Assembly (NCBI GenBank): GCA_963835065.1
Contig: CAWIEK010000063.1
Coordinates: forward strand, 192,001 to 256,000
Source: an uncultured Chthonomonadaceae bacterium
GTDB lineage: Bacteria > Armatimonadota > Chthonomonadetes > Chthonomonadales > Chthonomonadaceae
Direction of reading: 5' to 3'
Length of the DNA: 64,000 bases
A program made the position numbers and the translations under genes. The notes under the pieces are model-generated. The model did not search any database, had not been told where the DNA came from, and saw only the letters and a list, made by a program, of their open reading frames with translations. Position 1 is the first letter of the stretch. The number at the start of each line of letters is the position of its first letter. Below, piece after piece: positions 32,374 to 42,419 of this stretch.

Positions 32374-32458
32374 GGCGAGATACCCAAGCGGCCAACGGGG
32401 ACTGACTGTAAATCAGTTGTTTCTAACTTCAGAGGTTCGAATCCTCTTCTCGCCACCA
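32374..32458 (+). tRNA. tRNA-Tyr (GTA)
   Basis: GGCGAGA acceptor, ACTGA-CTGTAAA-TCAGT anticodon arm, long variable arm, TTCGAAT, TCTCGCC-A-CCA. Confidence 0.95.
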
Positions 32459-32462
32459 GCGT

Positions 32463-32535
32463 AGGGTATTGGGTATCGGGTGTCGGGTGTCGGAAAGCCT
32501 ATTTTCTACACCCGACACCCGACACCCGATACCCT
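32463..32535. repeat. Tandem-heptamer inverted repeat (GGGTRTC / GAYACCC)
   Basis: Fills the tRNA-Tyr/tRNA-Thr spacer. Confidence 0.9.
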
Positions 32536-32547
32536 GCCAACCACCCC

Positions 32548-32619
32548 GCCCACATAGCTCAGAGGCAGAGCACTTCTTTGGTAAAGAAGAGGTCATGGGT
32601 CCGATTCCCATTGTGGGCC
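32548..32619 (+). tRNA. tRNA-Thr (GGT)
   Basis: GCCCACA acceptor, CTTCT-TTGGTAA-AGAAG, T-arm ATGGG-TCCGATT-CCCAT, TGTGGGC; no encoded CCA. Confidence 0.9.
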
Positions 32620-32716
32620 GGTTCAACTTCTGACGCGGAACCGATTCGATTGCAGCGATGCAAAGGATTATCAACAATTTCGTGCCGGAACACTTGTTTG
32701 GGAGGAGTTTGAGGAA

Positions 32717-33916
32717 ATGGGCAAAGCGAAGTTTGAGCGCAATAAGCCGCACGTAAACATTGGAACGATTGGACACGTCGATCACGGCAAAACCAGCCTG
32801 ACCGCCGCCATCACCCGCATGTTGTCGGTGTACAACGGCAGCAAGGCGATGAGCTACGACGATATTGACAGCGCGCCCGAAGAGCGCGAGCGCGGCGTTA
32901 CCATCAACGTCGCCCACCTGGAATACCAGACCGACGCGCGACACTACGCGCACGTTGACTGTCCGGGCCACGCCGACTACATCAAGAACATGATTACCGG
33001 CGCGGCGCAGATGGACGGCGCGATTCTCGTGGTATCCGCCGCCGATGGCCCGATGCCGCAGACCCGCGAACACATCCTGCTGGCCCGTCAGGTCGGCGTT
33101 CCCCACATTGTCGTGTTCCTTAACAAGTGCGACATGGTGGACGATGCGGAACTGCTGGAACTGGTTGAATTGGAAGTGCGCGAACTGCTGTCCAAGTACG
33201 AGTTCGACGGCGACAGCGCGCCCGTTATTATGGGTTCCGCGACCGCCGCCCTGTCGAGCGAAGAGTTTGGGCGCGACGATCCCGGCCACAAGCCGATCTG
33301 GGCGCTGATGGACGCGGTGGACGCGCACATCCCGACCCCGGAGCGCGAAAACGACAAGCCGTTCCTGATGAGCGTCGAAGACGTGTTCACCATCACGGGA
33401 CGCGGTACAGTTGTCACGGGACGTGTCGAGCGCGGCACGACCAAAGTGAACGACCAGGTGGAAATCGTCGGCCTGCGCCCGACCCGCGCCACCATCGCCA
33501 CCGACCTGGAGCAGTTCCACAAGAAGTGCGACATCATCTACGGGGGCGACAACGCAGGTATGCTGTTGCGCGGTATCAACCGCGCCGACGTGGAGCGCGG
33601 CCAGGTTGTTGCCAAGCCGGGAACCATCAAGCCGCATACCAAATTCCAGGGTGAGCTTTACGTCCTGACCAAAGAAGAAGGCGGACGCCACACCCCGTTC
33701 TTCACGGGCTACACGCCGCAGTTCTTCTTCCGCACAACGGACGTGACCGGCAAGATGAACCTGCCGGAAGGCGTCGAGATGGTCATGCCGGGTGACAACA
33801 TCCGCATCACGGGCGAACTGATCCAGCCCATCGCTATGGAAGAGGGTCTCCGATTCGCTGTCCGCGAAGGTGGCCGCACGGTGGGCGCGGGCGTTGTGAC
33901 CAAAATCTTCGACTAA
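32717..33916 (+). CDS. tuf: Elongation factor Tu
   Basis: 'GHVDHGKT', 'DCPGHADY', 'NKCD', '[10 protein letters not shown]'. Confidence 0.99.
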   Translation: MGKAKFERNKPHVNIGTIGHVDHGKTSLTAAITRMLSVYNGSKAMSYDDIDSAPEERERGVTINVAHLEYQTDARHYAHVDCPGHADYIKNMITGAAQMDGAILVVSAADGPMPQTREHILLARQVGVPHIVVFLNKCDMVDDAELLELVELEVRELLSKYEFDGDSAPVIMGSATAALSSEEFGRDDPGHKPIWALMDAVDAHIPTPERENDKPFLMSVEDVFTITGRGTVVTGRVERGTTKVNDQVEIVGLRPTRATIATDLEQFHKKCDIIYGGDNAGMLLRGINRADVERGQVVAKPGTIKPHTKFQGELYVLTKEEGGRHTPFFTGYTPQFFFRTTDVTGKMNLPEGVEMVMPGDNIRITGELIQPIAMEEGLRFAVREGGRTVGAGVVTKIFD

Positions 33917-33978
33917 TCGGTTGATTTGCGCGTAGCCGCCGGGCTTGTTTCCGGCGGCTGCGGGCATTGGATACGCAG

Positions 33979-34149
33979 ATGGCCTCAAAAGAAACTCGCA
34001 TTGTCATTAATCTGGCATGCACGGTCTGTCGTTCGCGAAACTATACGACCTCCAAGAACCGTATCAAGCATCAGGCGCGCATGGAGTTCAACAAGTATTG
34101 TCCGCGCCCGACGTGCCGCAAACATACGCTTCATCGGGAAGCGAAGTAG
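33979..34149 (+). CDS. rpmG: 50S ribosomal protein L33 (Zn-ribbon type)
   Basis: '[16 protein letters not shown]...[16 protein letters not shown]'. Confidence 0.97.
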   Translation: MASKETRIVINLACTVCRSRNYTTSKNRIKHQARMEFNKYCPRPTCRKHTLHREAK

Positions 34150-34223
34150 GCATTAGATATTAGGCATTAGGCATTAGGAACAGAATCAGTCTCCTAATGC
34201 CTAATATCTAATGCCTAGTGCCT
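34147..34223. repeat. Tandem-heptamer inverted repeat (TAGGCAT / ATGCCTA)
   Basis: Begins at the rpmG stop; variant unit TAGATAT/ATATCTA present in both arms. Confidence 0.9.
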
Positions 34224-34228
34224 CATAT

Positions 34229-34304
<76 letters not shown>

Positions 34305-34386
34305 TTTTTCCGGCGCATTCGCGCCACGCAAACCGGGCGGGAAGTCGCTACAGGAAGATTTCCGTACGATTTCCCGCTCATTCATT

Positions 34387-34500
34387 AGGTTTCAGGTTTC
34401 AGGTTTCAGGTTTCAGGCACAAGCAACTTCTATATTTGCTGTGACATCTTATGATTGAGATGTACTTCCTGAAACCTGAAACCTGAAACCTGAAACCTGA
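34387..34500. repeat. Tandem-heptamer inverted repeat (AGGTTTC x4 / GAAACCT x4)
   Basis: ~50-nt AT-rich spacer; between tRNA-Trp and secE. Confidence 0.92.
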
Positions 34501-34515
34501 CAAACAGGTGCAGCC

Positions 34516-34743
34516 ATGTCGGTAGAACAACCCGGTCCCATTGTCGCTGAAGCCGCTCCGCAAAAAGCCAGTTACTTGCAGGAAGTTCTTACGGAACTGC
34601 AAAAGACTACCTGGCCGACGCGCCCGGAAGCCTTGAAACTTACCTATATCGTCATTGGCGTGATTGTGGTGCTTGGCATCTACATGGGCATTATGGATGT
34701 GATACTGGGCGCTATTTTCGCCCGCATCCTGCATCACGGCTAA
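34516..34743 (+). CDS. secE: Preprotein translocase subunit SecE
   Basis: 'EVLTELQKTTWPTR' plus one TM; position between tRNA-Trp and nusG. Confidence 0.93.
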   Translation: MSVEQPGPIVAEAAPQKASYLQEVLTELQKTTWPTRPEALKLTYIVIGVIVVLGIYMGIMDVILGAIFARILHHG

Positions 34744-34819
34744 TTCTGCGCGAGTTTGCCGCAACTTTTTCCGCACCCGGACTGCGCCGGAACCCGCCGC
34801 ATCGCAAGGTGGAGGAACC

Positions 34820-35374
34820 ATGCAACGACAGTGGTATGCCATACATACCTATTCGGGCCACGAGAACAAGGTCAAGACCAACATCGAGCAGCGCGCCAAG
34901 ACCATGAAGCTGGGCGAGAAGATCAACCGCATTCTCGTGCCGACGGAAACGGAAGTCAAGTCGCGCGCCGGCAAAGCCGGCAAGCCGTCCACCAAAGTCG
35001 AGGTAAAGCGCAAGCTGTACCCCGGCTATGTGCTGATCGAAATGGAAATGGACGACACGACGTGGTATCTGGTGAAATCCACGATTGGCGTCACCGGCTT
35101 TATTCCGCCCCCGCCCCCCGGCAACCGTCCCACGCCCCTGCCGGAGCGGGAAGTGAAAGAAATTTTGACCGCCATGGAAGGCACGGTTGCCATCCCGGTC
35201 ATCAAGTACGAAAAGGGCGATGTCGTGCGCGTCACCGCCGGCCCCTTCACCGAATTTACGGGCAAAATTGAAAATGTGGAAGCGGCCAAAGAAAAACTGA
35301 AAGTGCTGATTTCCATCTTTGGACGCGATACGCCTGTGGAACTGGATTTTTCGCAGGTGGAGAAAGTAGTTTAG
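34820..35374 (+). CDS. nusG: Transcription termination/antitermination factor NusG
   Basis: 'WYAIHTYSGHENKV', 'YPGYVLIEM', KOW 'GPFTEFTG', 'IFGRDTPVEL'. Confidence 0.98.
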   Translation: MQRQWYAIHTYSGHENKVKTNIEQRAKTMKLGEKINRILVPTETEVKSRAGKAGKPSTKVEVKRKLYPGYVLIEMEMDDTTWYLVKSTIGVTGFIPPPPPGNRPTPLPEREVKEILTAMEGTVAIPVIKYEKGDVVRVTAGPFTEFTGKIENVEAAKEKLKVLISIFGRDTPVELDFSQVEKVV

Positions 35375-35376
35375 GA

Positions 35377-35498
35377 GGTAGACGGTAGACGGTAGACGGT
35401 AGACGGTAGGAGTCTCATTCGCTAAACTTTCCTATGCTTATGTAGCGTTGCGAAAAACAGAGTTCCTGCCGTCTACCGTCTACCGTCTACCGTCTACC
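35377..35498. repeat. Tandem-heptamer inverted repeat (GGTAGAC x4 / GTCTACC x4)
   Basis: Between nusG stop and rplK RBS. Confidence 0.92.
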
Positions 35499-35517
35499 CC
35501 TCTGAAAGAGGACTCTC

Positions 35518-35940
35518 ATGGCAAAAAAGATTACCGCCGTCGTCAAGCTGCAAATTGCCGCAGGCAAGGCGACGCCCGCTCCCCCCGTCGGCTCCACGCT
35601 TGGCCCTTACGGCATCAATATGATGGAGTTCATCAAGGGCTATAACGAGAAGACGGCTGCGCAGGTCGGTTCGATTATCCCGGTGGAAATCACGATCTTT
35701 GAAGACCGCTCGTTTACGTTTGTTACCAAAACGCCGCCCGCCGCCGACCTGATTAAGAAAATGGCGGCGGCGGCCAAAGGTTCCGGGCGTCCCAACCGCG
35801 AAAAGGTGGGCAGCCTGACTCAAGAGCAAATCCGCCAGATCGCCGAGCAGAAAATGCCCGATTTGAACGCCAACGACATCGAAGGCGCGATGAAGATCAT
35901 TGCCGGCACGGCGCGTTCGATGGGGGTAGATGTTGCGTAG
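35518..35940 (+). CDS. rplK: 50S ribosomal protein L11
   Basis: '[11 protein letters not shown]', '[14 protein letters not shown]', 'GTARSMG'. Confidence 0.99.
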   Translation: MAKKITAVVKLQIAAGKATPAPPVGSTLGPYGINMMEFIKGYNEKTAAQVGSIIPVEITIFEDRSFTFVTKTPPAADLIKKMAAAAKGSGRPNREKVGSLTQEQIRQIAEQKMPDLNANDIEGAMKIIAGTARSMGVDVA

Positions 35941-36069
35941 GTGTTCAGGTATTCAGGTATTCGGGTGTTCAGGACAATGCCGCATGGAAGTAAGTTGTGT
36001 GGGATGCACAAACTTATAATGAAGGATGTATTTACCTGAATACCCGAACACCTGAACACCTGAACACCT
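35939..36069. repeat. Tandem-octamer inverted repeat (AGGTRTTC x4 / GAAYACCT x4)
   Basis: Starts at the rplK stop; ~60-nt spacer. Confidence 0.9.
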
Positions 36070-36089
36070 GCCTGGAAAGGAGCGCCCGC

Positions 36090-36503
36090 ATGGTTGTTTC
36101 CTCTGCTGCCGTAAGTTTGATTGTGCTTAGTCTGTTTGCCATGTTCTGGATGGCGATACGTGAGCGCGTCACGCGTCTGGATGCCAGATTGCCCTATCAT
36201 CAGGCCGCCTATCAGCAGGATCGCCGCAAGGGGCGCTTTTATTTCAAGTCGGTGTGGACAGGGCTGCTGTCCGCGTTTGCGGGCATGGCCTGCCTGCAAG
36301 TGATGGCAAATACCCTGCTCAACGCCAACAACACCCGCAATGTCGTCAACGGCGCGGCCTATGGATTGGGGTTGTGGGGATTGCTGGTAATCGGCCTGGT
36401 CTGGTCGCAAATCGGCCAGCGCACCCTGGAACCCAATTCCGACGGCAAGATGCTGACACCGACCGAGGAAAGGCATAAGGCACAAGATAAAAGGCAAAAG
36501 TAG
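36090..36503 (+). CDS. Hypothetical membrane protein (3 TM) between rplK and rplA
   Basis: RBS AAAGGAG; three hydrophobic segments. Confidence 0.75.
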   Translation: MVVSSAAVSLIVLSLFAMFWMAIRERVTRLDARLPYHQAAYQQDRRKGRFYFKSVWTGLLSAFAGMACLQVMANTLLNANNTRNVVNGAAYGLGLWGLLVIGLVWSQIGQRTLEPNSDGKMLTPTEERHKAQDKRQK

Positions 36504-36554
36504 TCAGTAAATTGTACTTTTATCTTATATCTTTTGCCTTCTATCTTATGCCTT
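36470..36554. repeat. Degenerate tandem-heptamer inverted repeat (AAGGCAW / WTGCCTT)
   Basis: aaggcat aaggcac aagataa aaggcaa ... tatctta tatcttt tgccttc tatctta tgcctt. Confidence 0.75.
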
Positions 36555-36561
36555 GTATTTC

Positions 36562-36594
36562 GTGGAAGGAACCATTCGGCTCCGCTAACACCAC
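36562..36594 (+). promoter_or_regulatory. L1-binding autoregulatory RNA site upstream of rplA
   Basis: GTGGAAGGA...TCCGCTAACACCAC resembles the GTGGGAGG...CCGCTA..ACCAC L1 operator found before rplA in many non-proteobacteria; abuts RBS AGGAG. Confidence 0.65.
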
Positions 36595-36610
36595 AGGAGA
36601 CACTAACAAA

Positions 36611-37423
36611 ATGGCAGATGTAGAAACAACCCCCGCGCCGCAAGTGGCGGACGAGGGCAAAGAAGAAAAGCATGGATTATCTACCGCAGCGCGGCGTCAG
36701 GCGAAACACAACCGCGCCAAGCACAGCAAGCGGTTTACGGCGATTGCCAAAGGCGTAGATTCGATGGCGCTGATGGAGCCGGATGCGGCGTTTGCGCGCG
36801 TGAAGGAACTGGCGACCGCCAAGTTCGACGAAACCATCGAAACAGCCATCAACCTGGGCGTTGATCCGCGCCACGGCGATCAGATGGTGCGCGGCACGAC
36901 GAACCTGCCGCACGGCACGGGTAAAACCCGCGTTGTGTGGGTATTCGCGCGCGGCGACAAAGCGGCGGACGCGCAGGCGGCAGGCGCGGACTTCGTGGGC
37001 GCGGAAGATTTGGTTGAGCGTATCCAAAAAGAAGGCGGCGCGACGTGCGATATTCTGGTCGCTTCGCCGGATATGATGCCGCTCGTGGGTCGCCTGGGCC
37101 AGATTTTGAAGCAGAAGATGCCCAACCCCAAAGCCGGAACTGTCAGCCCGAACGTCGGGCAGGTGGTGCGCGATATCAAGGGGGCTACCCGCGCCGAATT
37201 TCGCGTGGATAAGAACGGCATCGTTCATGCGCCGATTGGCAAGGCGAGTTACCCCGTCGAGCATCTTCACGCCAACTTCACCGCGCTGCTCAACGCCCTG
37301 ATTAAAGCCAAGCCCGCTGCGGCCAAAGGCAAGTACGTCAAGAAGATCACGCTCACCTCCACGATGGGGCCAAGCCTGCAGGTGGATACGGCGGTTGCCC
37401 AAAAAATGGCCGAACGTCCGTAG
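36611..37423 (+). CDS. rplA: 50S ribosomal protein L1 (with N-terminal extension)
   Basis: 'AKFDETIE', 'LGVDPRHGDQMVRG', 'LPHGTGK', 'MPNPKAGTV', 'STMGP'. Confidence 0.98.
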   Translation: MADVETTPAPQVADEGKEEKHGLSTAARRQAKHNRAKHSKRFTAIAKGVDSMALMEPDAAFARVKELATAKFDETIETAINLGVDPRHGDQMVRGTTNLPHGTGKTRVVWVFARGDKAADAQAAGADFVGAEDLVERIQKEGGATCDILVASPDMMPLVGRLGQILKQKMPNPKAGTVSPNVGQVVRDIKGATRAEFRVDKNGIVHAPIGKASYPVEHLHANFTALLNALIKAKPAAAKGKYVKKITLTSTMGPSLQVDTAVAQKMAERP

Positions 37424-37426
37424 TTC

Positions 37427-37566
37427 TTACCTCACCGGACGTTCTCTTGTAAATATACCCTTCTCCTGGCCGCGCCCTTTACATGAGCGCGTTGTAAGCG
37501 AACGCGCTTCCTTACGCTAGGGGAAGGGCTTTTTATATCGATTCTCCAGCTTCGGGGGTGAGGTAA
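37427..37566. repeat. Composite boxC-like palindrome
   Basis: TTACCTCACC...GGTGAGGTAA ends; shares CTCCTGGCCGCGCC and TCGGGGGTGAGGTAAT with 57362-57415. Confidence 0.6.
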
Positions 37567-37674
37567 TCCTTTCACCTTCCTGAAACCGCTTCCGTTTCCC
37601 CGCGTAGTAGCACTGTTACCAATGTCCCTGATTAAAAGCCGGGCATTGAAAATACCCGTCTGAATGGCATTCCG

Positions 37675-37734
37675 CGTAGGGACATAACATGTTATGTCCG
37701 GGGTGCAGAGGACATAACATGTTATGTCCCTACG
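37675..37734. repeat. GTAG-type REP doublet (REPIN)
   Basis: CGTAGGGACATAACATGTTATGTCC-10 nt-GGACATAACATGTTATGTCCCTACG. Confidence 0.85.
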
Positions 37735-37971
37735 GACGCAATTCATTGACACACAGGCATTTACGTCCGCAGGACGTTCCGCCGCAGGCTATTCAGACGG
37801 TGGTTTTCAACCACCGGCCAAATGTGTCTTATTTACAGGCAGGGGAAGTCACTCTCCGTGCCGAATATCCCATTAACGTGTTGACAGCGTTTCTCAATCT
37901 GCGAACTTCGTCCGCGAAATTTCCATTTGTGAATTGTCTTTTGTTCTTTTCTTTGCAAAGGCTTGAACTCT

Positions 37972-40291
37972 ATGCGCCTGCCTCATGCCTGGCACGTTTC
38001 CCTTGTTCTGCTCATCGGGTGTACCCTGCTGCTTGGCCTGTCTTCCCCCGTCCGTGCCGTTGACATAGACGTGCTGGTTGGGTTTGGGCAGAGCGTCACC
38101 AGTGGCGCGCGGTATCGGCCCGACTCGTGGACGCCGCTGACCGTGTATCTCACAGGGCCAAGCGCGCGCGGCGAGGGACAGCTACAGATCACGCTCACCC
38201 ATGCGGGACACACGACCACGTATACCCGCCGCGTGCCCCTGCGCGACGGCGCGATGAATCAGGCCGAAGGCTTCGTCCTGAACCTGCATGGCACGGACAA
38301 CTACGGTCAGCAGGGAACGCGCGACATCGAGGTGCAACTGCTGTCGGAAGGGCGCAAACTCGCGTCCAAAAAGGTCGCGCTGTCGGCTCCCATTGATTCG
38401 GCGGCGTACACCGTTCTCGCCATGACCCGCGACAACAGCGGCTTGAACTTTCTGAACAAAAAGAAACTCGGTTTAATTCATCGGCATACCAACCCGGCCA
38501 CGCTTGCCAATGGGCGGGGCTATATGGGCGGCGAACAATCCGAGCGCAACGGCATCAATCCCCTCGCCACCCTCCAATTGCTGTATACCGATGCGCGCGC
38601 TCTGCCGTCCATGCCGCAGGGGTACGAAGCCATTGACACGCTTGCCCTTGCCGACCAGCCCATTGACAGCCTGACGGACGCGCAAACCGCGGCCATCAAA
38701 ACCTTTGTCCGGCAGGGCGGGCTGCTGATTGTGTCGGGCGGCGGGGATTTGTCGCGCCTGCGCAGCCAGTTTTTCGCGGACCTGCTGCCGCTTGTCCCGT
38801 CCGGCGTAGTATCCCTCAGTTCCCTGCCCGCATTGGAAACACGCTACCAATCCTCCCTTAACTTGTCCACTCCCACCGCGCTGACAACCGGAACGCTTGC
38901 GCCCAACGCAACGGTGTTACTGGCCGGCCCCAACGCTTCTACGCCGCTTGTCACGTCCCGGCCTTATGGCGCGGGGCGCGTCGTATTCACCAGTTTCGAT
39001 TACGTAGACCCGACGTTTCGGGGCTGGAAAGCGGCTGCCCTGCTGTGGCGCGACCTGCTGCGGACGGGCAATGAGGAGATTTCCGCCCGCTACCTGCTGG
39101 ATACCGCAACCATGCTTGGCGGTTCGGGGCAGCGCATGGTGGACGCGCTTGCGGGCAAACAGGCCAGCAGTTTCCCCGATTATCGCGTCCTGATGGCCTT
39201 TCTCATCGCGTATATCCTGCTGCTCGCCCCCATTAACTATCTGATTTTGAAGCGCTTTGACAGGCGCGAAATGGGCTGGGTTTCCATCCCGATCTTGATT
39301 GTCGGCTTCGTGGCCGCGTCGTACTTGATTGCGCTCACCATCAAGGGCGGCGCGTTAAGCGCCAACCGCGCCGTGATCGTGGAAACGCAGGCCAATACCC
39401 CACAGGCGGCGGGATACGGGCAAATGACCGTGTACTCCCCGCGCCGTTCCGCGTATGACATTGCCATCGCGTCGGAAGGCGGAACGGACGCGCAGCCGTT
39501 TGCCCTGCGGGATGCGCTCGGCAATGAGGGCGGCAGCGAACATGACCTGACGGTTGACAGCACGCTCGGTTCGCTTGCGGCGCGGGGCGCGCTGATACGC
39601 CTTTGGGATAAGCGCACGTTCGACACGCCGCTCAACCTTGCGCTTGGAAACGGCATACAGGCGCAAACCCGTTTCGTATCCGGCAAGAACGTGGAAGTCA
39701 CCGTCACCAACAACACGCCGTTTGCCCTGCGGCATTGCGCTCTGATTGCCGACGACCAGCATGTTGATGTGGGAGACGTTGCGCCCGGACAAACCGTTGG
39801 CCCCAAAACGATCAAATGGGCGCTTCGCCCCAATGCCACCAACATCGCGCTCGGTTCCCTGCCCGACAATCTGCCGCTCATAACTATGGACAGTAATGGC
39901 AACGGCAATTATAATTCCAATTATAATCCCAATGGATATGTCCCTTCGTCCTCCCCGCTTTCCACGCCGAACAAAATTACATTAGCGATGGGAAACGCGC
40001 TGGCGCAGGGCTTCGATAACAATCAATATGGCTATGGCGAAACGGGCCGGCTATGGGCGCAGCCTGAATGCGTTTGTCGGCTGGTTCGACGCGCCCCTGA
40101 TGTCGCCGCGCATTGACGGCAAGCCCGCGCAAACAGGCGAGGAGGTGAACCTGCTGGTCGTTCATCTGCCCGCGCCTTCCAAAGCCTCGCCTGCCATACG
40201 CGCCCTTGCCAATCCATTCGAGCAAACGCCCGTGCTGAATCTGGAAGACGAACTGCCGCCGGGAGCCAGAAAGATGGGGCACAATGGATGA
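37972..40291 (+). CDS. Large exported/membrane protein with glutamine-amidotransferase-like domain (frameshift near 40045)
   Basis: Signal peptide, 'YRPDSWTPL', 'GGLLIVSGG', 'GAGRVVF', TM pair 'YILLLAPINYLILKR..WVSIP'; C-terminus in ORF 40028..40291 overlapping the next ATG. Confidence 0.75.
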
Positions 40292-41109
40292 TTTCTAATC
40301 CGGTCTTGCGAAAAGAACTGCTTGTCCGCCTGCGCTTCGGACGGATGCCGCACATACAGCGCGTCGGCATTCTGATTGCCATTGCGCTTATGTTGGGCTA
40401 TGTATATTTTCAGGTCTTCAACGCCCTGCGCAGCGACCCGCTGCCTTCTACGGGGCATGGCGCGTGGGTTCTTATTCTTTGCCTGCAATTTACGTTCGTG
40501 TGCCTGCTGGCCCCGGTTATCGCCGCCAATGCCATCACGCAGGAGCGCGAACAAATGACGTGGGAAATGCTGATCTTCACGCTGTTACGCCCTTCGGAAA
40601 TCATTTTCGGCAAGTTGCTGGCGCGTATGCTGACGATTGTGGTCGTTCTGGCGTTGGGGTTTCCCGCCGCGTGTTTCGCCTGGGGCTTCGCCAGTTTTGC
40701 CGGACATGGCTCTTCAGAGTATATTTCGCCGGGGCAATTTGTGGGCGCGTATGTGACGGAATTCATCGTCGGCTTGTTTTTTGCCACGTTCGGCCTGTTC
40801 ATGTCCTGGCTGTTCAAGCGCACCCTGTACGCAATCATGGCCGCGTATACGTTCGTTGTCGCGGTGCTGATTATCGGCACAGTTCTGGTGACAAGCATTC
40901 TGTCGCAACTTGTGGGCGATTGGAACTTCCTGACAAGCTGCCCCCTGATGTGGTTCAACCCCATCATGATGATTATGGAAGTGGTCGTTCCATCCCACCC
41001 GTTCGACAGCCTGCAATTATTCTACGGCCTGGTCGGGTATTGCGCCCTGACCGCTCTGATGCTCTGGCGCATGGTCGCCGGTTTCCGCCGTTTCGCGTTC
41101 GAGAGTTAA
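40288..41109 (+). CDS. ABC transporter permease
   Basis: 'NPVLRKEL', 'AITQEREQMTWEML', 'IIFGKL', multiple TM. Confidence 0.88.
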   Translation: MISNPVLRKELLVRLRFGRMPHIQRVGILIAIALMLGYVYFQVFNALRSDPLPSTGHGAWVLILCLQFTFVCLLAPVIAANAITQEREQMTWEMLIFTLLRPSEIIFGKLLARMLTIVVVLALGFPAACFAWGFASFAGHGSSEYISPGQFVGAYVTEFIVGLFFATFGLFMSWLFKRTLYAIMAAYTFVVAVLIIGTVLVTSILSQLVGDWNFLTSCPLMWFNPIMMIMEVVVPSHPFDSLQLFYGLVGYCALTALMLWRMVAGFRRFAFES

Positions 41110-41112
41110 AGC

Positions 41113-41229
41113 GAATGATGAATGATGAATGATGAATACAGTTCCACGCTGACTTATCTGCAAATCGGCTGAAGAAACGTCCGCACTCATTGTTTTCCAC
41201 TCATCACTCATCATTCATCATTCATCATT
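41113..41229. repeat. Tandem-heptamer inverted repeat (AATGATG / CATCAYT)
   Basis: Between permease stop and ATPase RBS. Confidence 0.9.
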
Positions 41230-41242
41230 TCAGGAGTTCTCT

Positions 41243-42280
41243 ATGTCGCCGATGGTTCAGCTTCAGCATCTTCGGAAAGAGTATCGTGGGGAAGGCAAGG
41301 ACAAGACTTCGGTTGCTGTCAAGGATTTGAGCCTGGAACTGGAACAGGGCGATATTTTCGGGTTCATCGGGCCGAACGGCGCGGGCAAAACAACCACGCT
41401 GAAAATGCTGTGCGGCCTGATCGTGCCTTCGGCGGGAACCGCGCTGCTTGACGGCATAGACGTGGTGCGCCATCCCGAACAGGTGCGCAGTATCGTGGGC
41501 TACATGCCGGACGTGTACGGCCTGTATGACGACATCAAAGTGTGGGAGTACCTGGACTTTTTCGCCGCCGCATACCGCATCCCCAAAGAAAAACGCGCGC
41601 AGATCGTTGACGACGTTCTCGCCCTGACCGACTTGACCGAGAAAAAGCAGTCTTATGTCAACAAACTGTCGCGTGGTATGCAGCAGCGGCTGTGCCTTGC
41701 CAAAGTTTTAGTTCACGACCCCAAAGTGATGCTGCTGGACGAACCCGCGTCCGGCCTGGACCCGCGCGCCCGTATCGAAATCCGCGAACTGCTCAAAGAA
41801 TTGCAGTCTATGGGCAAAACCATCATTGTCAGTTCGCACATTCTGCCGGAAATGGAAGAGTTCTGCAATAAAATCGGCATCATCGAGCGGGGCGAATTGA
41901 TTGTCGCCGGCGATGTAAACACCATTGCCCGGCAGGTGCGCGGCCAGCAGGTTCTTAATGTCGGCGTGATGGAAGAAGTGGAGCGCGCGGAAGCCCTGCT
42001 GATGTCCATGCCGGAACTGGTGCGCGACGTAAAAGTAACGACGGGCCTGCGCGAAATCCCCAATCAGCCCGAAGAAGCCCGCCGCACCCAAACCCTCCAG
42101 CGCATCGAACAGTCCGGCAAGGGCGGCGTAATCCAAATCGGCTATGTGGGCGAAATAGACGAAGAATACAAAGTGCTGGCCGCGCTGGTGCAGGCGGGCA
42201 TCAAAGTGCGCTCGTTTCACACGCCCGAAACCGATCTGGAAGACGTGTTTTTGCGGGTGACGAAGGGACAAGTGGCTTGA
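41243..42280 (+). CDS. ABC transporter ATP-binding protein
   Basis: GPNGAGKT, LSRGM, LLDEP, SSH. Confidence 0.95.
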   Translation: MSPMVQLQHLRKEYRGEGKDKTSVAVKDLSLELEQGDIFGFIGPNGAGKTTTLKMLCGLIVPSAGTALLDGIDVVRHPEQVRSIVGYMPDVYGLYDDIKVWEYLDFFAAAYRIPKEKRAQIVDDVLALTDLTEKKQSYVNKLSRGMQQRLCLAKVLVHDPKVMLLDEPASGLDPRARIEIRELLKELQSMGKTIIVSSHILPEMEEFCNKIGIIERGELIVAGDVNTIARQVRGQQVLNVGVMEEVERAEALLMSMPELVRDVKVTTGLREIPNQPEEARRTQTLQRIEQSGKGGVIQIGYVGEIDEEYKVLAALVQAGIKVRSFHTPETDLEDVFLRVTKGQVA

Positions 42281-42281
42281 G

Positions 42282-42408
42282 AAAGTAGTCAGTAGCCAGT
42301 AGTCAGTAGTCAGTAGTAATGCTTGACTACTCATAATTTTGCATCATAAACATAATTTCCAATAGCCGGGTTCTCTACTGACTACTGACTACTGGCTACT
42401 GACTACTT
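42282..42408. repeat. Tandem-heptamer inverted repeat (AGTAGTC / GACTACT), 35-bp perfect arms
   Basis: Variant AGTAGCC mirrored as GGCTACT. Confidence 0.95.
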
Positions 42409-42419
42409 TGGAGTTCTCC

